The position numbers and the translations under genes are program-made. A stretch of 35,527 nucleotides of DNA from a bacterium (GTDB lineage: Bacteria > SZUA-182 > DTGQ01 > JAFGSM01). The first letter of the stretch is position 1. Each line of letters begins with the position of its first letter. The notes under the pieces are model-generated. The model searched no databases. It was not told the DNA's origin and saw only the letters and a program-made list of their open reading frames with translations. Location of the stretch: positions 1 to 35,527 of the forward strand of contig JBLIRO010000051.1 of the NCBI GenBank assembly GCA_049472335.1, in the 5' to 3' direction. Positions 1-9,509 of this stretch are shown here, in pieces.

Positions 1-2
1 TG

Positions 3-185
3 TTTCTCATTGTAAAAGGCAATATGAATAAACCCGACATCCAGCCGGACATTAAGAAAATCGTTTCTGAACAGGCCAGACAGAAGGTAAAGGATAGTGT
101 CCTGGAAAAAGTATTAAAAGAAAAGGACGGCGAATTAAAGAAGACAATCGAAAAGGGTCTCGATCAATTATTTAAGGTCAAATAA
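3..185 (+). CDS. 3' end of a gene entering from the left edge, possibly an AsmA-family C-terminus
   Basis: Frame 3 is open from the window edge to TAA at 183-185 (FLIVKGNMNKPDIQPDIKK...KTIEKGLDQLFKVK*). The V.G...P.I.PD segment followed by a charged helical tail resembles AsmA C-termini; product call is weak. Confidence 0.45.
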   Translation, partial: FLIVKGNMNKPDIQPDIKKIVSEQARQKVKDSVLEKVLKEKDGELKKTIEKGLDQLFKVK

Positions 186-280
186 CCGGTAATAAAGGAT
201 AATTCATCCATGCTAAATATTTATCTTTCTGTCCTCACGTTTTTATACTTAATCATAAGACCAATAATTTTTCCCAATTT

Positions 281-1159
281 CTAAACAATGGCATAGATTT
301 CATCTATTGCCTTTGAATAAGTCCCTGCCAGACCATCAATATCTTGCCTCGCCCTTGAGAGATAATTATCGTTGTCTATAAAAAACGGCTCTGTGATAAC
401 GCAAGGAGCATTTGTATACCTCAAGAGATAGCCGCCCCGGTCTTCACTATCCTTTGCTTTGATGCCACGATCAGGGAGTTTAAGGTAATTCACTAAATTC
501 CTTTGTAGAATCTCTGCCATTAGTTTGCCTTTGTTTGATTTGTAATAATAAAGCATCTCTGTTCCCGATGTCTTTTGGTTAAAGGCATTACAGTGGAGGC
601 TTACTACAAAATCAGGTTTAAGCTCGTTTATATCACCCGGCAGGTTTTTATATGTTCTTCTGTATATCCTCTCAATCTTTCCTTTTTTAACCTTATTTGC
701 AATACGGATTGACAGATCTTCATTGAAATCGAATTCCGTAATACCTGATTTGGCATTCATACCACCAGGTGATGATTTTTTATGGCCGATAACCAACGCG
801 CACATTTTTTTCTCTTCTTTTGTCACAGCCTCCTTTAATCCGCTCTTTTCAATCTGCCCCTGCATCTCTTCCAGGGAAAGAATTCCTTTATTTGACAGGG
901 TATTAACCAGAGCTTCAGTAAAAGGCGTGACAGTTTCCAATACTGTGGCGGAATATAGTACATTTTCGGAAAGATCACCCTTTACGATAACCTTATTACC
1001 TACACCTTCAGGCGGCAGTTCCACGCCTGCAGATTCAAGGCCCTGGGCTGCCTGGATGGGTAATTTAGTAAGTAAAATCTTTCCGGATTCCGTTTTTAAA
1101 TAACCGTCTTGGGTTATAGTTCCTACTAATATAACATTTTCCTTCATAATAACCTCCAT
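281..1159 (-). CDS. N-acetylmuramoyl-L-alanine amidase (Amidase_3) with an unknown ~115-aa N-terminal domain
   Basis: Zn-amidase motifs LVIGH, ITEFDFN, VSLHCNA, SGTE and VITEPFFIDN. No signal peptide. Confidence 0.88.
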   Translation of the reverse strand: MEVIMKENVILVGTITQDGYLKTESGKILLTKLPIQAAQGLESAGVELPPEGVGNKVIVKGDLSENVLYSATVLETVTPFTEALVNTLSNKGILSLEEMQGQIEKSGLKEAVTKEEKKMCALVIGHKKSSPGGMNAKSGITEFDFNEDLSIRIANKVKKGKIERIYRRTYKNLPGDINELKPDFVVSLHCNAFNQKTSGTEMLYYYKSNKGKLMAEILQRNLVNYLKLPDRGIKAKDSEDRGGYLLRYTNAPCVITEPFFIDNDNYLSRARQDIDGLAGTYSKAIDEIYAIV

Positions 1160-1188
1160 TAAACAAATAAGTATATATCCTGCACCGC

Positions 1189-3756
1189 CTATTTAGTTGT
1201 AAGCGGTATTGTTCGAATCGGTATCCTTTTTATAGGCATTAGAACCGGCCTGCTTACAGTCAGGCTCTTAGATCCGGTAGACGCCTTGTTACCCGCCTTG
1301 TCATAGGCATAGGCTTCATAGCTCACATTCCCCACCGGATACGGCCCTCCTTCATAGGCGCAGGGCGTGCTTGTGCAGCTCTTCACTATCCTTCCATTAA
1401 CCAATATCTCTACCTTGCTTATTCCGCCCGTATCTGTCGCGCTTGCCGTGAAAAAAACCTTCTGAGTCGTATTAGGGCTCGAGGGACTGTGCTTTATATC
1501 TACTCTCGGAGGGGTAGTGTCTTTTGGCTGGACTATGACAGGTGTTCGGGGCAGTAAAAAAGATCTGCTTACAGTCAGGCTCTTAGATCCGGTAGATGCC
1601 TTGTTACCCGCCTTGTCATAAGCATAGGCTTCATAGCTCACATTCCCCACCGGATACGGCCCCTCTTCATAGGCGCAGGGCGTGCTTGCACAGCTCTTAA
1701 CTATCCTTCCATTAACCAATATCTCTACCTTGCTTATTCCTCCCGCATCTGTCGCGTTCGCCGTGAAAAAAACCTTCTGAGTTGTATTTGGGCTCGAGGG
1801 ACTGTGTCTTATACCCACCCCCGGTGGCGTAGTGTCTTTTGGCTGCTCCGGTGGGATTTCTACCGGTTTTATCGCCGGTATCTCTATGGGTTCTGCCGGC
1901 GGTATCTCTATGGGTTTTACTTCTATCGGTTTTAATGGCATTAAAACCGGCTTGCTTACTGTCAGGCTCTTAAGTCCGGTAGATGCCTTGTTACCAGCTT
2001 TGTCATAGGCATAGGCTTCATAGCTCACATTCCCCAATGGATACGGCCCCTCTTCATAGGCGCATGGTGATCTTGTGCAACTCTTCACTATCCTTCCATT
2101 AACCAATATCTCTACCTTGCTTATTCCTCCCGCATCTGTCGCGCTTGCCGTGAAAAAGACCTTCTGAGTCGTATTCGGGCTCGAGGGACTGTGTCTTACA
2201 CCCACCCCCGGCGGCGTTGTGTCTTTTGGCTGCTCCGGTGGGATTTCTACCGGTTTTATCGCCGGTATCTTTATAGGTTTTACTTCTATCGGTTTTAAAG
2301 GCATCAAAACCGGCTTGTTTACTGTCAGGCTCTTAAGTCCGGTAGATGCCTTGTTACCCGCCTTGTCATAGGCATAGGCTTCATAGCTCACATTCCCCAC
2401 TGGATACGGCCCCTCTTCATAGGCGCATGGTGATCTTGTGCAACTCTTCACTATCTTTCCATTAACCAATATCTCTACCTTGCTTATTCCACCCGCATCT
2501 GTCGCGCTTGCAGTGAAAAAGACCTTCTGAGTTGTATTCGGGCTCGAGGGACTGTGTCTTACACCCACCCCCGGCGGAGTTTTGTCTTTTGGCTGAACTG
2601 GCAGTATCTCTACAGGTTTTACCGGTGGCACCTCTATGGGTTTTACCGGCGGTATCTCTACGGGTTTTACTTCTATCGGTCTTGCCGGAACCACGACTGG
2701 TTTGATTACTATTAAACTCTCGGAGCCGCTCCACTTCCTGTTTCCGGCCTTGTCATAGGCATAGGCCCCATAGTTTAATGTCCCCTCCGGATAAGGCCCC
2801 CCTTCATAGGTGCAAGATGAACTGTCGCAAATCTCCTCTATCTTTCCATTAACGGCTATCTCTATCTTGCTTATTCCAACCTCATCTGTTGCTCTCGCCG
2901 CGAAAGTAACCTTCTGAGTTATAGTGGGGCTCGCAGGGCTGTGCTTTACACCAACCCTCGGCGGAGTTGTATCTTTTGGCTGCTCCGGCAGTATCTCTAC
3001 AGGTTTTACCGGTGGCACCTCTATGGGTTCTACCGGTTGTATCTCTACAGGTTCTACTTCTATCGGTTCTGCTGGAACCTCGACAGGTTTGATTATCGTC
3101 AAACTCCTGGGGCCGGTTGATCCCTTATTGCCTGCCGCGTCGTAGGCATAAGCTTCATAGTTCAAACTCCCCTCCGCATACGGCCCTCCTTCATAGGTGC
3201 ATGGTGTGCTGATACAACTATCCACCACCTGCCCGTTAATCGCTATCTCTACCTTGCTTATTCCACCTGCGTCTGTGGCGCTGAGTGTAAAGAGAACCTT
3301 ATCTTCTGAATTGGGACTTGAAGGACTATGAGTTATACCAATAATTGGTAAAGTCATGTCCTCAACTTTTACAGTAAGGGTTTTTGTTTCGGTTTTTCCT
3401 TTTTCATTCTTACCAATCAATATATACTCTGTAGTATTGATTGGCTGCACCTGAATTTCCCCGCTTGATTCTACCTCTCCAATCTGATTTATTTCCGCCA
3501 TTGAAGCGTTCTCTATCTCCCAGCTAAGGGTAGTAAACTGACCCACCTCAATAGAGTTGGGATCTGCAATAAATCTTATAATTTTAGGGGATTTTGGAGC
3601 AAATATTAGGAACCAGGCAATCACGCCTCCTGCAATAAGAATGAGCAAAACGATACAAATTATAATTACAGGCAGCCAGTTAAAAGGCTTCTTTGTCGAG
3701 GATGCTTTTTGGCCTTTTTTTGGGATTCCTATATTTCCAGATCCTTTAGCATTCAT
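1189..3756 (-). CDS. Single-pass membrane protein with one PKD/Ig-like domain and six Ig-like repeats separated by Pro/Glu/Val/Ile/Lys-rich linkers
   Basis: KKPFNWLPVIII plus a long hydrophobic helix; PKIIRFIADP...TLSW domain; six D(T/K/M)T(P/L)P...ATD.GGISKVEI..NG...C....C.YE.GPY...Y.AYAYD.AGN units. Confidence 0.8.
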   Translation of the reverse strand: MNAKGSGNIGIPKKGQKASSTKKPFNWLPVIIICIVLLILIAGGVIAWFLIFAPKSPKIIRFIADPNSIEVGQFTTLSWEIENASMAEINQIGEVESSGEIQVQPINTTEYILIGKNEKGKTETKTLTVKVEDMTLPIIGITHSPSSPNSEDKVLFTLSATDAGGISKVEIAINGQVVDSCISTPCTYEGGPYAEGSLNYEAYAYDAAGNKGSTGPRSLTIIKPVEVPAEPIEVEPVEIQPVEPIEVPPVKPVEILPEQPKDTTPPRVGVKHSPASPTITQKVTFAARATDEVGISKIEIAVNGKIEEICDSSSCTYEGGPYPEGTLNYGAYAYDKAGNRKWSGSESLIVIKPVVVPARPIEVKPVEIPPVKPIEVPPVKPVEILPVQPKDKTPPGVGVRHSPSSPNTTQKVFFTASATDAGGISKVEILVNGKIVKSCTRSPCAYEEGPYPVGNVSYEAYAYDKAGNKASTGLKSLTVNKPVLMPLKPIEVKPIKIPAIKPVEIPPEQPKDTTPPGVGVRHSPSSPNTTQKVFFTASATDAGGISKVEILVNGRIVKSCTRSPCAYEEGPYPLGNVSYEAYAYDKAGNKASTGLKSLTVSKPVLMPLKPIEVKPIEIPPAEPIEIPAIKPVEIPPEQPKDTTPPGVGIRHSPSSPNTTQKVFFTANATDAGGISKVEILVNGRIVKSCASTPCAYEEGPYPVGNVSYEAYAYDKAGNKASTGSKSLTVSRSFLLPRTPVIVQPKDTTPPRVDIKHSPSSPNTTQKVFFTASATDTGGISKVEILVNGRIVKSCTSTPCAYEGGPYPVGNVSYEAYAYDKAGNKASTGSKSLTVSRPVLMPIKRIPIRTIPLTTK
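1245..3360 (-). repeat. Six intragenic ~270-bp Ig-like domain repeats; the four C-terminal copies are nearly identical at DNA level
   Basis: Blocks such as gccttgttacccgccttgtcataggcataggcttcatagctcacattcccca recur near 1280, 1600, 1985 and 2345, with more diverged copies near 2745 and 3125. Confidence 0.9.
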
Positions 3757-4041
3757 TGCATTCTCTCCTCTCAGCCATTATTCTATTATAGTCAGAGTTA
3801 AAGCAGGAATAGACAACAGACACACCCCCACACCTGGCAACTAAAAAATCTTTAAGTCGACCGGATTGCTCTTTTTAAAAGAGATAATAAATCCTGCGAA
3901 TACTAGATCTATTAATAAAAAACTTTAAAAAGTCAGAAAAACTCTTTGAAGAATCCTTAGTCACAGGCAAAATTACTATTTCGAAAACAAAACCTGAATC
4001 TATCCTTGAAAAATTTTGAGGTGATCGGTTTTAATATATCA

Positions 4042-4338
4042 CTATCCCTTTAAAATGCTGTCAATCTCATCCTGTGTGATCCCCCTTTCAGCCAAAAGCT
4101 CATCAGGGGATTTAACAAAAAGCTCATCGAGGTCAATGTTATCAGCGTTAAGCTTACCATCCAAAATACCTATGACTACTCCAAGCACATTGGAAACTGC
4201 CTGTGCTCCCATTTTAACATTTGGGCTTGCTTTGCTTGAAGTAACAGCAGAAGTTCCCAATTTCTTGATAGCGTTCAGGATATCTATAACTCCTTTATCC
4301 CCAATCTTTTTTTTTAACAATTCCTTTAATTCAGCCAT
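4042..4338 (-). CDS. Hypothetical small helical protein, coupled to the upstream lipoprotein
   Basis: 98-aa ORF starting 2 nt after the stop of 4341..4787, with a GGAGG RBS inside the upstream gene. Confidence 0.65.
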   Translation of the reverse strand: MAELKELLKKKIGDKGVIDILNAIKKLGTSAVTSSKASPNVKMGAQAVSNVLGVVIGILDGKLNADNIDLDELFVKSPDELLAERGITQDEIDSILKG

Positions 4339-4340
4339 TT

Positions 4341-4787
4341 TTATTCCTCCGTTCTAAGTCTTTCCGGAACCTTAAGATTTAGATCCATTGCTAAATCCAT
4401 ACCCATATTGATAAGCCGTAATAGCTGGTTCTCGAGCATTGCAGTACTTTCAGGTTCTTTTTGTGAGGCCTCCCAGGTTTTGAGTGACTGTACAAAAAGA
4501 TTGTGGGTTGATGCGTACTTATCAAGTACCTTTTTCAATTCATTAAGGGTATTAAGGCGTTTCTTATCTTCTTCCGTGATAGTTCCTTCCCTGTGCTTAT
4601 TTACGATTACCTCTATCTCATCCACTACCTGATTAGCCAATGATTCATAAATCGACTGGCTTGCAAAAGCAGCCTGTTCCGCCCTTTTTATAAAGCTTTG
4701 TTGTGTGGCTACACATGCTGCAAAACCTATAATAAAAACAAATAATACAAAATAAATACAAATTCTGGAATACCATCTTTCCTCCAT
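4341..4787 (-). CDS. Putative lipoprotein, helical/coiled-coil
   Basis: Hydrophobic N-terminus ending in lipobox-like FAAC; strong AGGAGGAGG RBS; amphipathic helical body. Confidence 0.65.
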   Translation of the reverse strand: MEERWYSRICIYFVLFVFIIGFAACVATQQSFIKRAEQAAFASQSIYESLANQVVDEIEVIVNKHREGTITEEDKKRLNTLNELKKVLDKYASTHNLFVQSLKTWEASQKEPESTAMLENQLLRLINMGMDLAMDLNLKVPERLRTEE

Positions 4788-4930
4788 AACAATCCCCTCC
4801 TCCTTTTTTAAAGGTTAGCATCCATATAGATTCCGATTCAAGGGCCAGGAAATATGCCCCAAATTCTCTATCAAAGGCAATAATCCCCATTTTGAATCAG
4901 TAATACAGCTTTTTTTATTGACATCTTTCC

Positions 4931-5503
4931 TTATCCCCTATTTCTAACGGACATTTTGTGATACCTTATATCTCTCTCCTTTACAAGCTCAACTTCCTTG
5001 TCCTTCTTTGAATCGATCTGTGCCACCTGTACGCAGTAGCTTGCTGAAAGACGGTACGGCCTGTTAAGCGCCCTCCATATCTTAAAGATATCTTCTATGG
5101 ATAGTGGCTCCAGCACTATTTTCAACTGATTGACAGGTTTATTTCCGGCTGATAAATCCTGATTTGAATAGTCGTGAAAGACCCGCATCGTCTCAGTCAT
5201 GATTCGGTGAACCTCTCTCTGTGTTTTGGCATAAGGGATAATCAAGTAGTGCAGATTCAGAAAGAGCGGCGGATACCTGAGACGGTTATTTCCCTCTCTG
5301 ATCCAAGGTTGATTACGCAAATCGGCATTTTCCAGGATTTGATAGAGAAAGATATTGACTCCCTGGGAGTCCTTATCTTCTATATCCTCAAGAGGTGACT
5401 TTAGGGTAATGGAATACTTCCCGGAAGGGGGTTTTTCCATCTCCCGTTCTAACAATGAAACCATGATTTCACTGACTGTTTCTATCACTGCAGTTCCGCT
5501 CAT
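4931..5503 (-). CDS. DUF4255 / Afp16-Pvc16-like tail terminator (cap) protein
   Basis: VNIFLYQILENADLRN, PPLFLNLHYLI, LEPLSIEDIFKIWRAL and YRLSASYCV match the DUF4255 pattern. Confidence 0.9.
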   Translation of the reverse strand: MSGTAVIETVSEIMVSLLEREMEKPPSGKYSITLKSPLEDIEDKDSQGVNIFLYQILENADLRNQPWIREGNNRLRYPPLFLNLHYLIIPYAKTQREVHRIMTETMRVFHDYSNQDLSAGNKPVNQLKIVLEPLSIEDIFKIWRALNRPYRLSASYCVQVAQIDSKKDKEVELVKERDIRYHKMSVRNRG

Positions 5504-5548
5504 GTAAACTCCTTTTTAAAGGAAAACTACTTTATAATATATGTTCTA

Positions 5549-6586
5549 TTAGATTGCTGAAGAAACAAGGCCCCTTATGGAGCCTATCAGGATAAAAATT
5601 GACCATACAATCACAACGATAGCAATAATAATCCCGATTATGGCATCTGCAATACTGGCAGCCAGAAGAGCCTTAGCAATAGGGAGAACAATCATTATAA
5701 TAATACTCGTTACAAATCCGCTGATAAGCAAAAGGGTGGAGCTTTTAATCCGGATTATGTTGCTGCCGCCTATCCAAAGCAATATGGCCGAGACGATCTT
5801 ACACAAAAGACCCGATCCCGCCACGCCTAGAACCCTTCCTGTCGGAAAGGGGAATTCATATATTATAGGGTAAAGAAACGCAAGGAATCCGGAAAACAAA
5901 AGAGCGAATATTATTACCAGCTTAAGGATTGCCTTTATAATCAGGAAGATCGACATGAAGATAACAATGATAGAATTGATCAGACTAACAATCATTCCGA
6001 CTCTCTGGACAGAAGCCTTGGACACAAGCATCCCTATTAGACTTATCAGTATAGAGAAAAATATTATCCAGAGAAACAGACCGTCGGCCTCAAGGCTGAA
6101 ACCAGGTGGTTTTTCACCTTTTTCCTCAAGCAATCCTTCACTCTTCGCTTTTGGTATAGAATTCCCTTGAACCTTTTTCCATTTTTCTTCAATGACTTTG
6201 CCTTTTGCCTCCTCAATCATTTTTTGGTCAGAAGAAGAAAAATTTATTGTAACTTCGATTGGCTCTTCTTCATCGCCTTCTTCATTTTTTGCTCCTATAG
6301 TAAAACCGAAAATTTCTAAATCCTTGCTTTTTTCCTCAATTTGTATCTTAAAATCCGGGCTTTCCTTTGCCGTTTTGATAGCATTTCCAACTTCGTCTTT
6401 TACATCTTCCCAATATTCCTTGGCAAATTTCTCCTTTGATTCACCCTTACCAGCCTTTTTCTCAAAACTAGGTATAGGTACTCCGTACTCTATCGCAAAA
6501 CCAATAAAAAGAAAAATCAATGCAACTATTACAAAGGATTTTTTCAGTGGTCTTACAATGGGTATTGTATGAGAATTCAATGGCAT
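5549..6586 (-). CDS. Polytopic membrane protein (1 N-terminal TM, ~130-aa charged loop, ~5 C-terminal TM helices), CIS-associated
   Basis: Hydropathy pattern in the translation; begins 12 nt after the PAAR stop. Confidence 0.75.
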   Translation of the reverse strand: MPLNSHTIPIVRPLKKSFVIVALIFLFIGFAIEYGVPIPSFEKKAGKGESKEKFAKEYWEDVKDEVGNAIKTAKESPDFKIQIEEKSKDLEIFGFTIGAKNEEGDEEEPIEVTINFSSSDQKMIEEAKGKVIEEKWKKVQGNSIPKAKSEGLLEEKGEKPPGFSLEADGLFLWIIFFSILISLIGMLVSKASVQRVGMIVSLINSIIVIFMSIFLIIKAILKLVIIFALLFSGFLAFLYPIIYEFPFPTGRVLGVAGSGLLCKIVSAILLWIGGSNIIRIKSSTLLLISGFVTSIIIMIVLPIAKALLAASIADAIIGIIIAIVVIVWSIFILIGSIRGLVSSAI

Positions 6587-6598
6587 CCTTTTCCTAAA

Positions 6599-6898
6599 TT
6601 AACCTCCTATCAATACCGTAAAATCTCCGGCAGCAACTGGGTCCGGCCCGCCGGTAGCCTCAATGACCCTTTCACCAATCCTGGTTGCAGGAAAACCATT
6701 AATAAGAACGGAGCTGCTTCCCCCGTCCACAACTCCTCCTCCGTGAGGATTTGGGGTAGCAAGAGGACAGATGTGAAGGTCTTTCCCCGCTCTCCAGGCC
6801 GGCTTTCCCCCTATAAGGACATTAGGGCTTCCTGGTCCCGGCTGTAAGAGTCCCCCGTGTGCTGTTATGTCCCCCAAACGAGCTGTTGGTCTTCCCAT
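6599..6898 (-). CDS. PAAR-domain spike tip protein
   Basis: PTARLGD..AHGG, PAWRAG.D.H.CP...P.PH and NGFPATRIGE repeats; no C-terminal toxin extension. Confidence 0.95.
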   Translation of the reverse strand: MGRPTARLGDITAHGGLLQPGPGSPNVLIGGKPAWRAGKDLHICPLATPNPHGGGVVDGGSSSVLINGFPATRIGERVIEATGGPDPVAAGDFTVLIGG

Positions 6899-6968
6899 TC
6901 TTTAGCGTCTCTCAATATTAATAAGATCTTAAAAAACTCATTAAAGGAATCAGTGGTTTAAAAATATC

Positions 6969-9509
6969 TTAAGGGCTCTTGGGCACAATAACTTTTGGCA
7001 ATTCCTTAATAACATCTAATTTTAAAGGCTGAGCTGGAGTTAATATCCCAATGGGGAAAGTAAAATAAACAAATTGGAAATCGTCAAAGTTAATATGCCC
7101 CCACCCCCCGGTTTCATTGTCCACAATACGGAGTTGGGCACTCTTGTTTATATACTTCGAAAGGTCCCAGGTTACGCGTGACATCGTCTCAGTGTTTTTG
7201 CCCCTTGCCTGCAGGACGACTTTACCGTCTACCAAAAGCTGAACCCCGACATTTGAGCCTGCACCTCCACCCACGAGAAAACTGGCCTTAGAGCTTTGGA
7301 TAACAAAGGGTTTCGATGTAAGGATACCCGTTGGCGTGTCCCCCTGGACGGTTCCACCGGGAAACTTTGTGGATGGATGTTTCTCGTATGTCCCGATCCA
7401 ATAATTCCCCTGATGGTTTGAGGGTTGCCCCCGCTTCCTCATTGTGGGATTGTCTCCCAGTGTGGGCTGATAACTGAATGCGGTTCCCGCTCTGCTCCAG
7501 CCAGTGAGAGTTCCGGTTTCGAAGTTGTAATTCATAACCGTAAGGGTTGTTGCTTCGGTCTGTCCCCTGTTGCCGGATTTGTCCCATGCGTAAGCCTGAT
7601 AGGTTAAGTTACTACCAACACCATACGGGCCGCTCGTATAGCTGCAGGATGAAGCCGTACATTCCTTCACTCTACTGCCATTGATATTAATCTGTATCTT
7701 GCCTACTCCCCCCTTGTCCGATGCGGTTGCAGTGAAGGTTACCTTTTGATTCAGGTTTACGGTAAAGGGAGCCGGGGTTATAGTAACCTTGGGCGGAATT
7801 TTGTCAACTGTAGTAAGGCTCATGGAACCGCTTGATGCACTATTTCCTGCCTTATCATATGCGTAAGCATAATAGCTCACTCTACCAAGGGGATAAGGCC
7901 CGCCTATATATCTGCATGGCGTACCTGTACACTCCTCGACGCTCTTGCCGTTGACAAAGATCTGAACTTTACTTATTCCACCAGAGTCTGATGCAGTAGC
8001 AGTGAAAGTTACCTTTTCTTCCGTGGATGGTTTTGCCGGGCTGGCGGAAATGCTAATTTTGGGTTTTATGGTATCGACTGCCTTAAAACTCTTAGATCCG
8101 GTACCCGCCTTTAGGTTGGACCTATCCCATGCATAGGCCTCATAAGTCACATTACCAAGGGGATAAGGTCCGCCTACATAGGTACAGGGGGAATCACGGC
8201 ATTCCTTCACCCTCCCGCCGTTGACATAAATCTGTACCCTGCTGATTCCACCAGGGTCCGATGCCTTGGCAGTGAAGGTTACCTTTTCTTCTATAGTAGG
8301 CCTTGAAGGGGTGTGGGTTACATCTACATCAGGTGCATCTTCGTCCTTTGTCGTAAAGCTATTAGGCCCGGCAATAACCTTATTGTCCGACTTATCCCAG
8401 GCATGGGCCTCATAGTTTACAGTGCCAAGTGGATAAGGCCCACCCACATAGGTACAGGGCGACTCGGTGCATTCCTTAACCTTCGTGCCTTTTACATAAA
8501 TCTCTAATTTTTTTATACCCCCCGGGTCCGTCGCTGTGGCAGTAAAGGTTACCTTTTCTTTTATTGTTGGTGTTGGAGGATTCACTGTAATAGTTGCCTC
8601 TGGTTTCCCGATATCTTCTATCGTAATGCTTTTTGGCCCTGAAACAGCCTTGTTATCTGAATTGTCCCAGGCATAGGCCTCATAGTTAAGAGTGCCAAGT
8701 GGATAAGGTCCCCCTTCATAGGTACAGGGCGACTCGGTGCATTCACTCACCTTCTGGCCGTCGACCATGATCTCGATCTTGCTTATACCCCCAAGATCCG
8801 ATGCCGTAATAGTGAAGATTACCTTTTCTCCCATATTCGGGCTTGAAGGGCTAAGGGTTATGGTTAGCTCAGGCGGTGCCACGTCTTTTACCTCTACAGT
8901 CTGGGACAACCTGGTCTCACCCTTCTCATTTCTGGCGATCAAGGTATATTCTGTAGTTTGTAAGGGAGTGACTTGTTTATTACCATTTAAATCAACAGGC
9001 ACTATATTCTGATCTATCAATATCTCAACAGTTGATGCCTTCTTCGTCTCCCAGCTCAGGGTTACAGACTGTCCCGATTCAATAGAGACCGGGTTAGCGG
9101 AAAAGCTTGTAATCTTAGGTGTTTTAGGACGAAGCACCAAAAAAAGGACCACGCCGACAACCAGCAGAAGTAGCACTACGCCGCCGGCTATAACCACAGG
9201 GAGCCAGTTGAAGGGCTTTTTAGGTGGAGGGGCCGCCGCGTCGAGCTTAGTATCCAGATTAAAGGCCCCTTCCGTCGCGAGAACACGGTGCTCCTGCTTT
9301 TGGTAACCTTCCATTTCAAAGGTCACCAGCAGTTGCTGGCCGCTATCTATCCTGGAATCATCGATCTCAACAATGAGTTCATAGAAGCCGTTCTTTGCGC
9401 TCTTCCCTTGCTGAAGCTCTTCATTGTTCAGAAAAAGCTTTACGCTGGCCCCTATCACGGCCTGGCCTGTTTTGTTATCTTTTACTTCTCCATAAACACG
9501 GAATTTCAT
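6969..9509 (-). CDS. MKFR-family single-pass protein: constant N-domain, TM, PKD-like domain, five Ig-like repeats, C-terminal carbohydrate-binding-like beta domain (GH32-associated/CBM38-like)
   Basis: N-terminal ~90 aa nearly identical to 9587..10678; KKPFNWLPVVIAGG TM; five C-x4-C-containing Ig units; C-terminus NFETG.L.GW...QGD..TG.LTS.PF...SFLVGGG...WDLS...LRIVD...GWGHINFDDF. Confidence 0.75.
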   Translation of the reverse strand: MKFRVYGEVKDNKTGQAVIGASVKLFLNNEELQQGKSAKNGFYELIVEIDDSRIDSGQQLLVTFEMEGYQKQEHRVLATEGAFNLDTKLDAAAPPPKKPFNWLPVVIAGGVVLLLLVVGVVLFLVLRPKTPKITSFSANPVSIESGQSVTLSWETKKASTVEILIDQNIVPVDLNGNKQVTPLQTTEYTLIARNEKGETRLSQTVEVKDVAPPELTITLSPSSPNMGEKVIFTITASDLGGISKIEIMVDGQKVSECTESPCTYEGGPYPLGTLNYEAYAWDNSDNKAVSGPKSITIEDIGKPEATITVNPPTPTIKEKVTFTATATDPGGIKKLEIYVKGTKVKECTESPCTYVGGPYPLGTVNYEAHAWDKSDNKVIAGPNSFTTKDEDAPDVDVTHTPSRPTIEEKVTFTAKASDPGGISRVQIYVNGGRVKECRDSPCTYVGGPYPLGNVTYEAYAWDRSNLKAGTGSKSFKAVDTIKPKISISASPAKPSTEEKVTFTATASDSGGISKVQIFVNGKSVEECTGTPCRYIGGPYPLGRVSYYAYAYDKAGNSASSGSMSLTTVDKIPPKVTITPAPFTVNLNQKVTFTATASDKGGVGKIQININGSRVKECTASSCSYTSGPYGVGSNLTYQAYAWDKSGNRGQTEATTLTVMNYNFETGTLTGWSRAGTAFSYQPTLGDNPTMRKRGQPSNHQGNYWIGTYEKHPSTKFPGGTVQGDTPTGILTSKPFVIQSSKASFLVGGGAGSNVGVQLLVDGKVVLQARGKNTETMSRVTWDLSKYINKSAQLRIVDNETGGWGHINFDDFQFVYFTFPIGILTPAQPLKLDVIKELPKVIVPKSP

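Noticed and set aside
4645..4890. 81-aa ORF overlapping the lipoprotein start
   Set aside because: It overlaps 4341..4787 out of frame, and the strong RBS points to the ATG at 4787.
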